Below are positions 62,984-64,000 of a stretch of DNA of 64,000 nucleotides, piece by piece. The first letter of the stretch is position 1, and each line of letters begins with the position of its first letter. This stretch comes from a virus, in IMG/VR virus record IMGVR_UViG_3300032046_000001, positions 232,551-296,550 of that record; one strand, written 5' to 3'. The notes under the pieces were generated by a model. The model did no database searches, was not told the origin of the DNA, and saw nothing but the letters and a program-made list of their open reading frames with translations. The position numbers were made by a program, and so were the translations under genes.

Positions 62984-64000
62984 TTACACTTTTTCACCTC
63001 ATTCGGAGTCACTGCCTTGTGAAGCCAGTGATGGCGATTCTTTACATCTTCACTAAATCGTTGGGCTACAAATTTGGCAACTGAATTTTTAAATTCTCGA
63101 TATGGAAAACTACTTGTAAGTCTAATGACATAACCTTCACAATCGTCATTTTCAAAATTAGAACGATATAAATTTTTAATCAAATCAGCATTAAATGGTC
63201 CGACATATACTATCGGGACAGTTTCCAGTCCGAGTAAGTAGCACCATTCAGTTGTTGTTTTCCAATCTAAACATATGTTATTCTCATCCCAAATTGAATA
63301 TACCATAAAATAATTTCTCAAATTATGATAATGAATCGTATGTTTGGCAAATAAATTTTCACCACATATTCTCCAACCATCTGGTATATCATAACAGATT
63401 TGAGAATGTAGATTCTTAATCCAAGTTCTTGATGGGTGATTACCACTATCGATAGAACGGGCATGATAATAATCTTTATAAAGACTTGATTGTTCACCAT
63501 CCATCTTCACCGTTAAAACAATCTGTTTTCCAATGAAATGATCAATTGATTGTAATCTCTTATCATCACTTGTTACCGTCTCTGACCAAGGTAAGTGATA
63601 GGTCCTTGGATATTTAATATATGGACAAAATAAATCAAGAACTGGTTCTATAATCTTCTGAACCGATTCATCAAAGAATAATGGACCTCTTAATCGTCTT
63701 CCATTTTGAAGAATAATATTACCCCATTTATCATATCGTTCATCGGTATAAAAGTCTTCAGGTAAAACTATTTCAGTAATACCTGAAGACTCTCTTATTT
63801 GGTCACAACTTATGATTGTTTGTTCAGCTTTTATATGACAATCTCCACATAATGATGCTCCATTATTTAAATAATAACCGCCATCATTGAATAATCTTCT
63901 TTCGATTATATGATGAGCGTCTTGAGATGGAGATTTACAAATGACGCATTGATTATTATCTCTCTTGAATACTTCGGTTCTAAAAACATCCCTTGAAAGT
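62980..64000 (-). CDS. 5'-truncated gene: HNH nuclease motif followed by an ATP-dependent RNA-ligase-like nucleotidyltransferase domain
   Basis: The frame is open from the window edge. CVICKSPSQDAHHIIERRLFNDGG...NGASLCGDCH (HNH). Then YPRTYHL...KMDGEQ (KxDG motif I)...EGYVIR (motif IV)...AKFVAQR. The ORF-track entry 62980..63510 is only the part after the first start-like codon. Confidence 0.5.
   Translation of the reverse strand, partial: LSRDVFRTEVFKRDNNQCVICKSPSQDAHHIIERRLFNDGGYYLNNGASLCGDCHIKAEQTIISCDQIRESSGITEIVLPEDFYTDERYDKWGNIILQNGRRLRGPLFFDESVQKIIEPVLDLFCPYIKYPRTYHLPWSETVTSDDKRLQSIDHFIGKQIVLTVKMDGEQSSLYKDYYHARSIDSGNHPSRTWIKNLHSQICYDIPDGWRICGENLFAKHTIHYHNLRNYFMVYSIWDENNICLDWKTTTEWCYLLGLETVPIVYVGPFNADLIKNLYRSNFENDDCEGYVIRLTSSFPYREFKNSVAKFVAQRFSEDVKNRHHWLHKAVTPNEVKKCK

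Noticed and set aside
1-64000. Possibility that the window is a reduced bacterial, plastid or symbiont chromosome (rpoB/rpoC, clpX, nadE, tRNAs, AT-rich).
   Set aside because: The region carries a terminase large subunit and structural-size ORFs. It has a very high density of freestanding GIY-YIG/HNH endonucleases and T4-like Mre11/Rad50. It also has near-exclusive single-strand gene packing with many tiny ORFs. All of these point to a large phage.
1-64000. Stop-codon reassignment, as in Lak or some crAss-like phages.
   Set aside because: Long uninterrupted ORFs with conserved motifs are obtained with the standard code. The only interruptions seen are frameshifts at homopolymers, not in-frame TAG/TGA.
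1-64000. CRISPR arrays, integrase/att sites, group I introns or inteins in rpoB/rpoC/terL.
   Set aside because: No regularly spaced direct repeats were seen and no tyrosine- or serine-recombinase motifs. The conserved motifs of rpoB, rpoC and terL are contiguous, with no inserted homing-endonuclease-sized gaps.

Overview
This window is an AT-rich (roughly 28-30% GC) stretch that looks like part of a large virulent phage or phage-like element. Apart from two + strand genes at the left edge, almost everything is densely packed on the - strand. The phage call rests on a large terminase subunit, a large virion protein and a very high density of freestanding GIY-YIG and HNH homing endonucleases. 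It is reinforced by a T4-like Mre11/Rad50 pair, a tRNA island at 13.9-17.5 kb and many tiny ORFs.

Two genes encode bacterial-type RNA polymerase beta and beta-prime subunits of minimal size. A frameshifted DNA methyltransferase gene sits between them.

The window carries an unusual load of cofactor and anti-defence-like cargo. This includes a nicotinamidase, a nicotinate/nicotinamide phosphoribosyltransferase and an NH3-dependent NAD synthetase, which together resemble an NAD+ salvage route. It also includes a CoaD-CoaE fusion, a macro domain, a CX5R phosphatase-like protein, ClpX, two radical-SAM proteins and an HhH-GPD protein.

The most striking cluster is at 46.5-54.5 kb. It contains two ThiF/E1-like enzymes, a candidate E2-like protein and a JAB/MPN peptidase, with no obvious ubiquitin-like gene. 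These surround a GC-rich gene and sit beside a GC-richer island encoding an outer-membrane beta-barrel, lipoproteins and an SPFH protein.

Other notable signals:
- a 20-nt palindromic promoter-like motif repeated upstream of at least six - strand genes or tRNAs;
- several strong hairpin terminators;
- two homopolymer-associated frameshifts;
- three degenerate tRNA-like sequences among seven convincing tRNAs.

All calls come from reading motifs in the supplied translations and sequence. No database search was possible.
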